Under the pieces are notes generated by a model, which was not told the DNA's origin, did not search any database, and saw only the letters and a program-made list of their open reading frames with translations. This document shows positions 39,890-50,619 of a stretch of DNA of 64,000 bases, in pieces. Origin of the DNA: an uncultured delta proteobacterium (GTDB lineage: Bacteria > Desulfobacterota > Binatia > UBA9968). Where the stretch lies: assembly GCA_963760795.1 (NCBI GenBank), contig CAVXEP010000013.1:224001-288000 (forward strand), written 5' to 3'. How positions within the stretch are numbered: position 1 is the stretch's first letter; every line of letters begins with the position of its first letter. Position numbers and translations under genes: made by a program.

Positions 39890-40990
39890 CTACTTCTGCG
39901 TGCACCCCGGATGATAGGGCATGTTGCACTTGGCGCCGGCGGCTTTCATCGCCGCCTCGAAGTCTTTGTGGATCTGCGGATCCTCGTCTTCGAACTCGAT
40001 CTGGTTGCCGCCGAGTTTCAAGCTTGTATAGGTGCCGCCTTCGCCGTCCGTTGAGCGCAAGAAGCGGTAGCGCCAGTTGTTCCAACGCAAGGCGAGATAG
40101 CGCGCCGGGGCCGCGCCGGAATTAAAATGCTGGTGGAACCATTGATCCGGCGGCACGACGACACTGCCCGGCCCCCAATCGACGCGCTCGGGCTCGCCAT
40201 CTTTCCACAACACCGAATAACCCTGGCCGGAAAGAATGATCACATGGGCGCCGGGGCCGTGGCGATGGCCTTTCTTGTAGGTGCCCACGGGGAACTCGGA
40301 GATATGCGCGCCCATGGTGTTGCGCGCCAGGTCGAACTTCATGTTGGTGCTGCCCTTGCCGCGCTCATCGTAATTAGTCAGCTTGAGCGTGTGGGTATCG
40401 GGGACAAAATTGGTGGTCATGAAAAAGCGCCCGGTGATCGTCCCCTCGCCGTTGAAGTAACCTTCGGTGTGCGGATCGAAGCGGTCGGTGAAAACGTAAT
40501 CGCTGTTAAAAATGTAATCGCTGTTGTGAAACAGGTTCATCATGAAGCAAGAGTTAGTCACCGCAAAATAACGCGCGGTCTCGCTGCCGCTGGCGTTGAA
40601 GTGCTGGTAGTCGGCGTTGATCGGGATCGCGAACATGCTGCCCGGCCCCCACTCGAACGTATGCTTCTTCTTGCCGTCGCGCTGCCATACCGTGGTCGCG
40701 CCGTAGCCTTTGGAGACGTAGACCATTTCCTCGTACATATGTTTCTGCGGTTTGGTCTTGCCGCCGGCGGGGATCTCACAAACATAGCCATCGTTGGTGC
40801 CGCCGGTGCCGTCGAGCACGACAAAGGAACAAGGCACGCCTTTCAAATCCCAAGGCTCCACGGGAACCTGGTTGACGTCCTTGACGAAGAAACCGCGAAT
40901 ACAAGGAATCCGTTGCTCCGCCTGCCAAACCTTATAAGTGTCGAGCCGATCCGGCTTGAGATCGGCCGGTTGCGTGTTCATTTCGGCCAT
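39890..40990 (-). CDS. Bicupin protein (possible ring-cleavage dioxygenase)
   Basis: QKHMYEE...YQHFN and KKGHRHGPG...WFHQHFN metal motifs; RBS GGAGG before ATG 40990. Confidence 0.85.
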   Translation of the reverse strand: MAEMNTQPADLKPDRLDTYKVWQAEQRIPCIRGFFVKDVNQVPVEPWDLKGVPCSFVVLDGTGGTNDGYVCEIPAGGKTKPQKHMYEEMVYVSKGYGATTVWQRDGKKKHTFEWGPGSMFAIPINADYQHFNASGSETARYFAVTNSCFMMNLFHNSDYIFNSDYVFTDRFDPHTEGYFNGEGTITGRFFMTTNFVPDTHTLKLTNYDERGKGSTNMKFDLARNTMGAHISEFPVGTYKKGHRHGPGAHVIILSGQGYSVLWKDGEPERVDWGPGSVVVPPDQWFHQHFNSGAAPARYLALRWNNWRYRFLRSTDGEGGTYTSLKLGGNQIEFEDEDPQIHKDFEAAMKAAGAKCNMPYHPGCTQK

Positions 40991-41083
40991 TGAAACTTCC
41001 TCCTGATATCTTCCTGGCTGCGTTCGATTTATCGCTGATGCCGTCCGATTGTCATGCGAAAGCAAAACTTAAAGGCGAAATCC

Positions 41084-42250
41084 TCACGCCACCTTCTTCT
41101 CTTTAACAGAAATCCCGATGCGCTGGTTGATCACTTCGAACTCGATCAAACGATTCTTTTGCGCATCGCGCACCACGCCGAGCGGTTCGCCGCCGTTGCG
41201 CACCGTGTCGATCTGTTCGCGCAGGATTTTTCTCAGCAGGATGATGCCCTCGTCGCCGACGCCCAAATGCTCCTGGGTGCGATCCGTCGGCGCGCCTTGG
41301 GTTTCCCAGGCCATGGCGTCTTGCGCCAGCACGTGATCGAGCCGGTACTCGCCCTTGTCGTCGCGAATGCGAAAAAACTCCCAGGGCGTATCGCCGTCCG
41401 CCGGCGAGCGGTCGGTGTCGTTGGGCGAAAAATAAACTACGAATACCTGCGTATGGGCATCGTCCACCGGCACGCGGATCTGCAAATTATGACGCACCCG
41501 GCCTTCGAACAGCTGCTCCCGGAACACATGGCGCAGCGTGCTCGGGAACAATAGCGGATGCTGGTCGACCACCGGCGCGTCGCCGGGTTTTCTGCCGGGC
41601 GTGATGCGCCGCTTCATGATGCCGTACTCGAACGGCGTGAAGCTATGGTCCTCTTCATAGTGGTCCACGCTCGGCGCTAAATGCGCGGTGTCGCCGTGCA
41701 GCCAAAACAGATGGGACGGGTCGACGGAGTTTTCCGTCGGCTGGAGCCAGTTGCAGTTATAAACTTCGTGCTTCTCGATCCAGCGGTAACCGTCCTCCCA
41801 CACCAAGACATCCCAGCGCGGCAAGAGCGGCCGCGGCTCCGGTCCCATGTAGGTCCAGATCAATCCGCCCAAGCGCTCGGCTGGATAAGCCGTATGTTTG
41901 ATCTTGTCTTTGAAACCGCCGTCAACCGGTTCCGCCGGCTGTTCGAGACATTTTCCCGTACAGTCGAATTTCCAACCGTGATACGGACAGCGGATGCCTT
42001 CGGCATCGACGCGGCCGAAAGCTAACGAAGCTTTTCGGTGCGGGCATTGTTCGGCGACCACACCGTAGCGGCCGCTTTGGTCGCGATAGACCACCAGATT
42101 TTCGCCCATCAGCCGAAACGCTTTGATCGGCTTCTCCTCGGTCAATTCGCCGGCGCAGGCCACCGGCATCCAGTAGCGCCGCAAATACTCGCCGCCCGGC
42201 GTGCCGCGGCCGACTTGCGTCAGCGTTTCGTTTTCTTCACGTGTGAGCAT
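41084..42250 (-). CDS. Rieske oxygenase large subunit
   Basis: CPH...CPYH; ENSVDPSHLFWLH; QDAMAWETQG. Confidence 0.92.
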   Translation of the reverse strand: MLTREENETLTQVGRGTPGGEYLRRYWMPVACAGELTEEKPIKAFRLMGENLVVYRDQSGRYGVVAEQCPHRKASLAFGRVDAEGIRCPYHGWKFDCTGKCLEQPAEPVDGGFKDKIKHTAYPAERLGGLIWTYMGPEPRPLLPRWDVLVWEDGYRWIEKHEVYNCNWLQPTENSVDPSHLFWLHGDTAHLAPSVDHYEEDHSFTPFEYGIMKRRITPGRKPGDAPVVDQHPLLFPSTLRHVFREQLFEGRVRHNLQIRVPVDDAHTQVFVVYFSPNDTDRSPADGDTPWEFFRIRDDKGEYRLDHVLAQDAMAWETQGAPTDRTQEHLGVGDEGIILLRKILREQIDTVRNGGEPLGVVRDAQKNRLIEFEVINQRIGISVKEKKVA

Positions 42251-42312
42251 GTTTCACCTCTCGCATGAAAGCCCATCTGCTCAACTATCGCTTGGCTTTC
42301 CGTCCCTCTTAC

Positions 42313-42409
42313 TTCCTCTCCCTCTGGGAGAGGATCGAGGTGAGGGCTCTTTCATGGCGACCGAATCGGAATTGCCCTCACCCTAGCCCTCTCCCAAAGG
42401 GCGAGGGTG
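42313..42409. repeat. REP-like inverted pair (CCTCTCCCTCTGGGAGAGG..GGTGAGGG / CCCTCACCCTAGCCCTCTCCC)
   Basis: Same family at ~59510-59599 and a half copy at ~60919-60954. Confidence 0.75.
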
Positions 42410-42434
42410 AATACGCATCGCGTCTCGAATGAGC

Positions 42435-43582
42435 CTACTTCCCCTTATCCGCTCCGGCCATGATGTCTTTGGCCAGATCGAAGATCGGTTTCATATCACC
42501 ATATTCGGGTTTTACAACATCGAAGTATTTCATTCCCGGCTGCAACCGGTTTTCCGGCGGGATGTCGTCTTTGGGGATATCGATGCGCCGCGAGTTGGCC
42601 GGATCGTCGACATCGCCGAGCTTCTGCAAAGCGATCTGGCCTCGGCGCGAGAGAAACCAGTTGAGGAAAACTTTGGCGGCATTGGGATGCGGCGCCTGAT
42701 TCAGGTAGCTCACTGAACCGCCGCCGGCGGAGAAGCTCGAACCCTTCTTTCCAATGATTGGTATCGAAATCGTCCACCGGCAACCCCTGCTTTTTCGCCC
42801 GCGCCGAATCTTTGCAGCCCATGCAGATGGCGTACTTCCCTTGCGCCAGCCAGTTGGTCATCTGCTGGAAGTTCTTTGCGTAAGTAATCTCCATGCCGCC
42901 GAAGAATTTCTTCATGAACTCCGGGCCGATTTCCGGGCTGTAATAGTAGAACTGCATGGTCGCGCCCAGGCCGGTATCGCGCGGATCGAGGGAGACGATC
43001 TTACTTTTCCACTTGGGATTGATCACGTCGGCGTAGGATTTGAACTCTTTCGGATTGACCAGATTGGTATTGTAGGCCAGCTGGGCGTTGCTCGGCGAGC
43101 CGATGAAGGCGAAGATATATTTCCCCTCCGGATCGGCGTAGCGATGCTCCTTGCCGTACCATTTGGAGAGATCGGTGACTTCGGGGAGAATCAGCAGCGG
43201 CTTGAATCGGATCGAGCGCTTTGCCTTTGTAGAGCGTGTTGTAAAGACTGTTGGTGCCGCCGCTGTAAACGTCGGCGATAAACTTACCGCCGCGCCGCTC
43301 GGCCATGATGCGGTTGGTCAGATCGTTGCCCCGGCCGGTCACCGCGACAACGTTGATGCCGGGATAGTCGCGTTTGAAATCCTGCAGCAAGCCCTCGTAG
43401 CGGTAAATGTAGACGGTGACCTGCCCCTCTTTCTTAGCCGCGGCCAGGGTCTGCTCCCAGTCCTTTTTCCAGTCGAATTGGGCCGCCTGCGTGTGCGCCG
43501 CTAGCAGGAATAATGCTAACGCGGCCAAAAAGGTACGGGCGAAAAATCTTTCGCCCCTACAATACTTTTTACGGTTAATCAT
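42435..43582 (-). CDS. ABC extracellular solute-binding protein (FbpA/TbpA-like), frameshifted
   Basis: ORFs 43001-43705, 42496-43026 and 42435-42713 join into a close paralog of the adjacent gene. Confidence 0.85.
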
Positions 43583-43780
43583 GCGCGACGTTTCTCCACT
43601 CCGATCGATCTTCGAACCGACCTCATGCACCGGCAGAATATTTCCCGATGGGCATGCCAATGTCAACCGGCGAATTGGCTCGATGAATGCATTATGAATC
43701 GGCATGCCCCTAATGACTCTTCAGACGTCCATGTGGCGTAACCTGGCGCTGTCGACGAAATTTCATTCAGCCACGAAAGA

Positions 43781-45010
43781 TCACGAAGGTTTCGGAAGAT
43801 CAAAATTCCGAACTTCGTGAACTCTTCGTGTCGCTTCGTGAGTGAACGACTGTCGCTGATCTTCTTGGATCGCATTCAGCGCACCGTCTAATTGCGAGGC
43901 CATTCCGTCTACTTCTTCGCTTCGATGCGCCGCCATGATCTCCCTGGCCAGATCGGCGATCGGCTTCAAATCGGCATACTCGGGTTTGACCACGTCGAAA
44001 TACCTGCCCTCTGGTGACATGCGGTTCGATGGCAGAACATCGTCCTTGGGAATATCGATGCGCCGCGAATTGGGCGCATCGTCGACGTCGCCGAGCTTTT
44101 GCAAGGCGATCTGCCCACGCCGCGACAGGAACCAATTGATAAAAACCTTGGCCGCGTTGGGGTGCGGCGCCTGATTCAAATAACTGAGCGAACCGCCGCC
44201 TGACGAAAAACTCGATCCCTCCTTCCACCGGGTCGTATCGAAGTCGTCCACCGGCAGTCCCTGGTTCTTAGCGCGCATGGAATCCTTGCAGCCAAAGCAC
44301 AGGGCGTAGCGCCCCTGGGCCAGCCAGTCGGTCATCTGGCGGAAATTCTTGGCGAACTGGATGTCCATGGTGCTAAAGAATTTTTTGATAAATTCCGCGC
44401 CGAGTTCCGGGTGATAGTAGAAAAACTGCATGGTGCCGCCCAAGCCGCCGTCGCGCGGATCGAGGGAGACGATTTTACCCTTCCACTTGGGCTGCGTGAC
44501 ATCCCAATAGGATTTGAATTCCTTGGGACTCACCTGACTCGTGTTAAAAGCTAACTGAGCGTCGCTCGGACTGGCGAGATAGGCGAAAACATATTTCCCC
44601 TCAGCGTCGGCGTAGCGGTGCTCCTTGCCATACCACTTCGACTCATCGACGACTTCGGGCAGGCTCAACAGCGGTTTGATCGGGTCAAGCGCCTTGCCTT
44701 TGTAGAGAACGTTATAGTTGCCGCCGGTTCCCGCGCTATAGACATCCGCGATGAACTTGCCTGCCCGCCGTTCAGCCATGACGCGGTTAGTCAGCTCGTT
44801 ACCCCGTCCGGTCACGGCGACCACGTTGATACCGGGAAACTCCCGCTTGAAATCCTGCAGCAAACCCTCATAGCGATAGATGTAAACCGTGACCTGCCCT
44901 TCCTTCTTGGCGGCAGTCACCATCTGTTCCCATTCTTCCTTCCAATTGCCTGGATCTGCGGCGATAGCGCTTGCCGCGATGCCGAGCAAGTACGCTAACA
45001 GCACCGCCAC
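43781..45010 (-). CDS. ABC extracellular solute-binding protein (FbpA/TbpA-like)
   Basis: MAERRAGKFIAD, APHPNAAKVFINWFLSRRGQ. Native stop probably ~43909 (terminal frameshift). Confidence 0.88.
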   Translation of the reverse strand: MAVLLAYLLGIAASAIAADPGNWKEEWEQMVTAAKKEGQVTVYIYRYEGLLQDFKREFPGINVVAVTGRGNELTNRVMAERRAGKFIADVYSAGTGGNYNVLYKGKALDPIKPLLSLPEVVDESKWYGKEHRYADAEGKYVFAYLASPSDAQLAFNTSQVSPKEFKSYWDVTQPKWKGKIVSLDPRDGGLGGTMQFFYYHPELGAEFIKKFFSTMDIQFAKNFRQMTDWLAQGRYALCFGCKDSMRAKNQGLPVDDFDTTRWKEGSSFSSGGGSLSYLNQAPHPNAAKVFINWFLSRRGQIALQKLGDVDDAPNSRRIDIPKDDVLPSNRMSPEGRYFDVVKPEYADLKPIADLAREIMAAHRSEEVDGMASQLDGALNAIQEDQRQSFTHEATRRVHEVRNFDLPKPS

Positions 45011-45140
45011 CCATTTTGGATTTTGGATTTAGATTTTGGATTGGGGACATAAGAAATTCATCGACGCCGCAATTCGAAAAATCGGTCTTTTTTCGAGAAT
45101 CCAAAATTCAAAAGCGAGCCCCGCAGACGATAATCGATAA

Positions 45141-46170
45141 TCATTTGATCACCCTATCCGCTCGCGCCAAGCACCTCCGGCGGAATCGTCACGCCGATCT
45201 GCTTCGCCGTTTTCAAATTAATGACCAGTTCAAACTTCATCGGTTGCTGCACAGGAAGGTCAGCAGGCTTCGTTCCTTTGAGGATTTTGTCCACGTAGAC
45301 GGCGGCGCGCCGGAATTGATCGCGCCGGTCATGTCCATAAGAGATGAGACCGCCGGCCTCGGACCACTCGGGGTTGCCACACATCGTCGGAATGCGGATC
45401 TTGGCCGCAAGATCCAAGAGCGTTGTTCGATGAAAAGCAGTGAAACTACCGAGAAATATAATCAGAGCCTGCGCGCGTTCCTTGGTCATCGCCGTGTAGG
45501 CGCTCTGGAACTGGTTGGGTTCCAGCATATGCAAGGGTTGAATCTGCAGTCCCAAGGTCTTTGCCGCTGTCTGAGCCTCTCTCAGTTCTTCCTGGTCCCC
45601 ACCCGGACCGCCATGGTAAAGCACCGCCACGCGAGAAACCTTGGGAAGTGTTTCCCTGAGAAGCTGTAGCCGCTTTGCGCTTAAATCCGGATCGATGCTC
45701 GTAAACCCCGTAACGTTTCCACCTGGTCGCGCCAGACTGGCAACCAGGCCCTCACCGACGAGATCACCCGCGTTACCGACGAGGATAGGAATTGTACTGG
45801 TTGCTTGCTTGGCAGCAACGGTTGCTTGCGTGCCGAAAGTTACGATGATATCCACAGGAAGATTGACGAGCTCCGCTGCTAAAATACCATAGCGCTCCTC
45901 TTTACCTTCGGCAAAGCGGTATTCGACTGAGATGTTTTGCCCCTCAATATAACTTAACTCCCGCAATCCTTGGCGTAATGCCTCAATATTAGTTGGCATT
46001 GGAGAAGAACGCGCGCCGGAGAGCAATCCAATCCGGAAAACTTTCTTCGTCGGCTGCGCCTCAACCACCGCCGCCGACAGTGTGTATGCGATAACGATGG
46101 CGAGGAACCCAGCCCATTTTAGCTTGTCTGAAAAAGAATTCAGAACCTGGGGAACAGATTTATCATTCAT
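45141..46170 (-). CDS. Orphan ABC_sub_bind protein (solo)
   Basis: LARPGGNVTG, PVQQPMKFELVINLK; one extra base near the end hides RADRVIK* (stop at 45141). Confidence 0.9.
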
Positions 46171-46491
46171 GCATTTTTTCTCCGTTAATCCAACATCGAA
46201 AATCCAAGATCACTTTCGCCGTTGTTCCAACAATTCCTTGACGAACTTACGGATCGGTTCTTGATCCATCCACTCGGCGCGATCGGCGAAGTGCGAACGA
46301 TCGATCATTCAACTGTCTTCTCAAAGCCAGCACAGACTAATCCCGAGCCTTCTATCGTGTCAATTCTTCGACTGCCGCTAGTTTCGGTTTTCGCATTAAC
46401 TCGAAATTCGAACCCCGAGAATGCTGCCTACTGCCACCTAACTGTATTATCTCCTGACCTTGTGCTACTTTGAATCGCACACAGAACCAAA

Positions 46492-46803
46492 ATGAAAAAA
46501 AGCGGGAATTTAACACGGCAACGGATTCTGAAGTCCCTAAAAGACCGACCGGAAATGCTACGGAAATATACGGTTAAGAGAATCGGCCTGTTCGGCTCCT
46601 ATGCCACGGGCAAGCAGACGCCGAGAAGCGACATTGATTTTTTAGTCGACTTTGAAAAGCCCACCTTTGACAATTTCATCGGATTGAATTCCCATCTTGA
46701 GCGGCTGTTTAAAAGAAAAATCGACCTAATCACCGACGGCAGCCTCAGCCCCCATATCAAACCATACGTCGAGAAGCAGATCCGGTGGCATGAAGTCGAA
46801 TGA
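46492..46803 (+). CDS. mntA: MNT minimal nucleotidyltransferase antitoxin
   Basis: IGLFGSYATG...SDIDFLVDF (GSX10DXD). Confidence 0.9.
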   Translation: MKKSGNLTRQRILKSLKDRPEMLRKYTVKRIGLFGSYATGKQTPRSDIDFLVDFEKPTFDNFIGLNSHLERLFKRKIDLITDGSLSPHIKPYVEKQIRWHEVE

Positions 46804-47125
46804 AGTTTTTCTCAGGCATGTGCTCGATGAGATTACTTTCTTATTGGAGCATACGCGGGGGTTGAGTTTCGATGACCTTATGGAAGATGCCGTGCTGCAA
46901 CGCGCCTGTGCGCGAAGCTTTGAAATTATGGGTGAAGCCGTGAAGCACATTTCCAATGACTTCAGAAGGAAACACAAGGAAATCGACTGGAGAAATATCG
47001 CCGGCATGAGAGATAAGCTAATCCACCAGTACTTTGGCGTAAACTGGAATATCTTGTGGGACGTAATAAAAGAGAAACTGCCAGGCGTTCAGATTCACCT
47101 TGAGAAGATCTTAGAAAGAAAATAG
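46790..47125 (+). CDS. hepT: HEPN/DUF86 ribonuclease toxin
   Basis: FEIMGEA; IAGMRDKLIHQYFGV (RX4HXY); overlaps mntA. Confidence 0.9.
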   Translation: MKSNEVFLRHVLDEITFLLEHTRGLSFDDLMEDAVLQRACARSFEIMGEAVKHISNDFRRKHKEIDWRNIAGMRDKLIHQYFGVNWNILWDVIKEKLPGVQIHLEKILERK

Positions 47126-47172
47126 TCTGTCGACCCGTTATTTTCATTTCTCTTCCAATTTAATATCTAGAA

Positions 47173-48312
47173 TCACTTTCGCCGTTGTTCCAACAATTCC
47201 TTGACGAACTTACGGATCGGCTCCTGATCCATCCACTCGGCGCGGTCGACGAACGGATAGCGGGCTTCATCCGCGTTGGCGGGCCGGCGGTTGCCGCGCG
47301 GCACTTTGTCTTTGGGGATATCGATGCGCAGCGAATCCGGCCCTTCTTCGCCGGTGGTGAAGATCCGCTGATAGTGCATCTGCCCTTCGCGCGAGAGCAG
47401 CCAGTTGAGCGCGACTTTGGCGGCGTTGGCGTGGGGCGCTTTGTTGAGCAACGCCGTGCCGCCTGAACCGGCGGTGAGATAAGCGCCTTCTTTCAACTGC
47501 TCGGGATCGAACCAGTCTACGGGTATCCCCTGGGTCTGCATGACATCGAGATCCATGCGCGCCACCGGCGCGAAGATCGATAACGCAAACTTTCCACCCG
47601 CCAACCAGTCGCCCATCTGGCGCGTGTCGCTGCTGATGACGATGTCGGTTTCGGTCAGCACCCGGCGGATGAATTCCTTGCCCAAACTCTTGCTGTGATA
47701 GAAAAACCGCATGGCGTCGCCGGAGCCGCCCAAGTTGGGATCGTAGCCGACGACCTTGCCTTTCCATTTGGGATTGAGAATGTCCCAGTAGGACTTGATC
47801 TCGCCGGGAGCGACGAGCTTGGTATTAAAACCCATGACGATGCGCCCGCCGCCGTTGAAGTTTAACAAATACTTGCCTTCAGGATCGACGTAGTGGTGTT
47901 TTTTCTGCCACCACTTCGACAGGTCGGTGACTTCCGGCAACACCAACACCGGCGGGATCGGGTCGAGCACTTTGGCTTTGTAGAAAACATTGTAGCCGGT
48001 GGTCAGCCCATTGAGATAAAGATCGACCAGAAACTTATCCGCGCGCCGCTCCGCCATCAGCCGCTTGGCGACATCCGCGCCGCGGCCAAACACCCCGGTC
48101 ACTTTGATCTCAGGATACTTCTTGTGAAACTCAGCAAAGAGCTTCTCGAACTCATCGCTGCCGTAAAGAACCAGCTGCCCTTCCTTTTTCGCCGCCTCGA
48201 TCGTCTTCTCCCAATCGGCTTTCCACGCATCGGCCTGGGCAGCGCGTGCTACATTCACACCGCACAAAGAGTAAATGGCGACAGCAAGAAAAGTTAACGT
48301 CGCAATCTTCAT
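47173..48312 (-). CDS. ABC extracellular solute-binding protein (FbpA/TbpA-like)
   Basis: Signal peptide, MAERRADKF, APHANAAKVALNWLLSREGQ. Confidence 0.92.
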   Translation of the reverse strand: MKIATLTFLAVAIYSLCGVNVARAAQADAWKADWEKTIEAAKKEGQLVLYGSDEFEKLFAEFHKKYPEIKVTGVFGRGADVAKRLMAERRADKFLVDLYLNGLTTGYNVFYKAKVLDPIPPVLVLPEVTDLSKWWQKKHHYVDPEGKYLLNFNGGGRIVMGFNTKLVAPGEIKSYWDILNPKWKGKVVGYDPNLGGSGDAMRFFYHSKSLGKEFIRRVLTETDIVISSDTRQMGDWLAGGKFALSIFAPVARMDLDVMQTQGIPVDWFDPEQLKEGAYLTAGSGGTALLNKAPHANAAKVALNWLLSREGQMHYQRIFTTGEEGPDSLRIDIPKDKVPRGNRRPANADEARYPFVDRAEWMDQEPIRKFVKELLEQRRK

Positions 48313-48410
48313 TCGTTCTCCTATACAATACTTATTTCTTCATCCCGCCAATCCTCGACGCAAAATTTCCGACAAAGCGTTATTTTGCCTTTTTTATTTT
48401 TACTTTTGCC

Positions 48411-49399
48411 TTATCTGATGACTTTATCCGCCCGATACAGCACCGACTGCGGCACCGTCACGCCGATCTTGTTTGGCGGTGTTAAGATTGATCACGAACT
48501 CAAACTTGGTCGGTCGCTCGATCGGGAATGTCCGCGGGTTTGGCGCCTTTGAGAATCTTGTCCACGTAAGTGGCCGCGCGTCGGTAGGATTCGAGAAAAC
48601 TTGCGCCATAGGACATCAGTAAGCCAGCGTCAGCAAATTCCTTGACCCCGCTTACCGCCGGCAGACGATGCTTGAGAGTAAGTCCCACGATCTGTTTGCG
48701 GTGCGTGTTGAACACCGGATCGCCGAGGACCTGTAGCGCCCTCGTGCGCTCACTGACTATCGCTGCGAAGGCGCGGTCAATTTCCTCGGGATCGCGCGCC
48801 TGCAGGCTCTGCAGCTTTACGCCTAATGCTTTGGCCGTGACTTCCACCTCTCGCAGTTGCGCGGCCTGGAACACTGGATTCGCCGGATTCCAAAGCGCTG
48901 CCACTCGGGAGATTTTCGGCAGAGTTTCCTTGAGTAGCCCCAGGGGTTTCCCAGCGGTCTCGGCAGTCATCGTAGATGTTCCGGTGAGATTCCCACCCGG
49001 CCGCGCGAGGCTGGCGACAAGCCCGGACCCCACGGGATCGGAAACGGCCACCATCACGACCGGGATCGTCGCGGTTGCGGCCTTCGCTGCCAACGACGGT
49101 TGCGTCACCGCCGCGACAATCACGTCGACCTTGAGACGAACTAAATCCGCGGCAAGTTCCGGCAACCGCTCGAACTTGCCGTCGGCACATCGGTATTCAA
49201 TCGCGATATTCTTCCCCTCCACGTATCCAAGGTCGCGCAGACCTTGGAGGAATGCCTCGGTGAGATGCGCACTGCCAGCGCGCCCAACCGCAGTGAGATA
49301 GCCGAGCCGCGCCATTTTCCCCGGCTGCTGCGCGTCGACGAACTGCACAAAGGCGAAAATCACAGTGAGAACCGCGAGACCGAGGAGTTTTTTCTTCAT
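48411..49399 (-). CDS. Orphan ABC_sub_bind protein (solo), frameshifts near the 3' end
   Basis: MKKKLLGL signal peptide, LARPGGNLTG, ...VLYRADKVIR* ending at 48411. Confidence 0.9.
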
Positions 49400-49432
49400 G
49401 GACCTCCCGTTAACACAGCAGGCAACGCGTTT

Positions 49433-49492
49433 GTAGGGGCAATCCCCTGTGGTTGCCCTCCGACCGGGCAGGCACGGGGGCCTAGCCCCTAC
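49433..49492. repeat. GTAG-type REP doublet
   Basis: GTAGGGGCAATCCCCTGTGGTTGCCC...GGGCAGGCACGGGGGCCTAGCCCCTAC. Confidence 0.7.
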
Positions 49493-49513
49493 AAGATGAT
49501 CACGACACCGTTA

Positions 49514-50614
49514 CTAATTTTTACCTGCACTCTTCAGCGCTTCATTCACGACATCGATGATCGGCTTCATCTCGATCCACTCGGGCTTGCCGGTGTCGAG
49601 ATACTTGATTCCGTCCAACCGGCGATTGTCGTAGGGCACTTCTTCTTTGGGAATGTCGATGCGCAGCGAATCGGCCGGGCTTTCCGCGTTCATCGTTCGT
49701 CTTTGCAGCGCAATCTGGCCGGCGCGCGACAGCAGCCAATTGATGAAAACCTTGGCGGCGTTGGGATGGGGCGCGCGGTTCACCAGCGCCAGGGTGCCGA
49801 ACTGCTGCACCAGGCCGCCGCCTTCTTTAAAAACTTTCGGACCGAAGGTGTCCACCGGCAACCCTTGCCGCTTCAAGACATCGACGTCGCAAAAAAAGCA
49901 GATCGCATATTTCCCCGTGGCCAGCCAATCCGGCCCCTGGCGAAAGTCGCGAAACAAAGTCGCGTCCATCTCGCCAAACAGTTTGCGAATGAATGACGGC
50001 CCTAGCTCCGAATTGTAGTAAAAGAACCGCGTATTCCCCGCCCCCGGCCCCGCCTCACGGATATCGCGAATCGCGATCTTGCCTTTCCACTTCGGCTGCA
50101 AGAGATCGCCGTAAGACTTGAACTCTTTCACGTCGACGAGCTTGGTGTGGTAGCTGATCGAGCCGTAGGTCGCCGAGCCGACATAGTTGAATACATACTG
50201 TCCGTCGGGGTCGGAATACTGATGCTTCTTCAGATACCACTTCGACGGGTCGGTGACTTCCGGCAAGATCAGCGCCGGCTTGATTGGATCGAGCGCCTTG
50301 GCGACGTGAAACTGTTGGTAATTGGGATTCGCCCCGGTGCTGGAAACATCGGCGATAAATTTTTCCGCGCGCCGTTCCGCCAGCAGACGCGGTCCAAGTT
50401 GATTACCGCGCCCGGTGACCGCGACAACTTTGATCTCAGGAAATTCTTTCTCGAAGTCCGGCAGAATCGCCTCATAGCCGCTGATGTAAACGACGACCTG
50501 CCCTTCCTTCTTGGCGCCGTCGAGAGTCTTTTCCCATTCCAGCTGCCAAGCAGGCTTGGCTTGAGCCGCGAACGCAGAGTTGATCGCTATCACAAACCCC
50601 AAGGCATAGACCAT
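49514..50614 (-). CDS. ABC extracellular solute-binding protein (FbpA/TbpA-like)
   Basis: LAERRAEKF, APHPNAAKVFINWLLSR; one of three close tandem paralogs. Confidence 0.92.
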   Translation of the reverse strand: MVYALGFVIAINSAFAAQAKPAWQLEWEKTLDGAKKEGQVVVYISGYEAILPDFEKEFPEIKVVAVTGRGNQLGPRLLAERRAEKFIADVSSTGANPNYQQFHVAKALDPIKPALILPEVTDPSKWYLKKHQYSDPDGQYVFNYVGSATYGSISYHTKLVDVKEFKSYGDLLQPKWKGKIAIRDIREAGPGAGNTRFFYYNSELGPSFIRKLFGEMDATLFRDFRQGPDWLATGKYAICFFCDVDVLKRQGLPVDTFGPKVFKEGGGLVQQFGTLALVNRAPHPNAAKVFINWLLSRAGQIALQRRTMNAESPADSLRIDIPKEEVPYDNRRLDGIKYLDTGKPEWIEMKPIIDVVNEALKSAGKN

Positions 50615-50619
50615 TGGAA

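Larger units (their letters stand above)
46209..47244. repeat. 73+ bp direct repeat (46209-46281 and 47172-47244) flanking the MNT-HEPN module
   Basis: Both copies encode the SBP C-terminus RAEWMDQEPIRKFVKELLEQRRK*; two synonymous differences. Confidence 0.9.
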
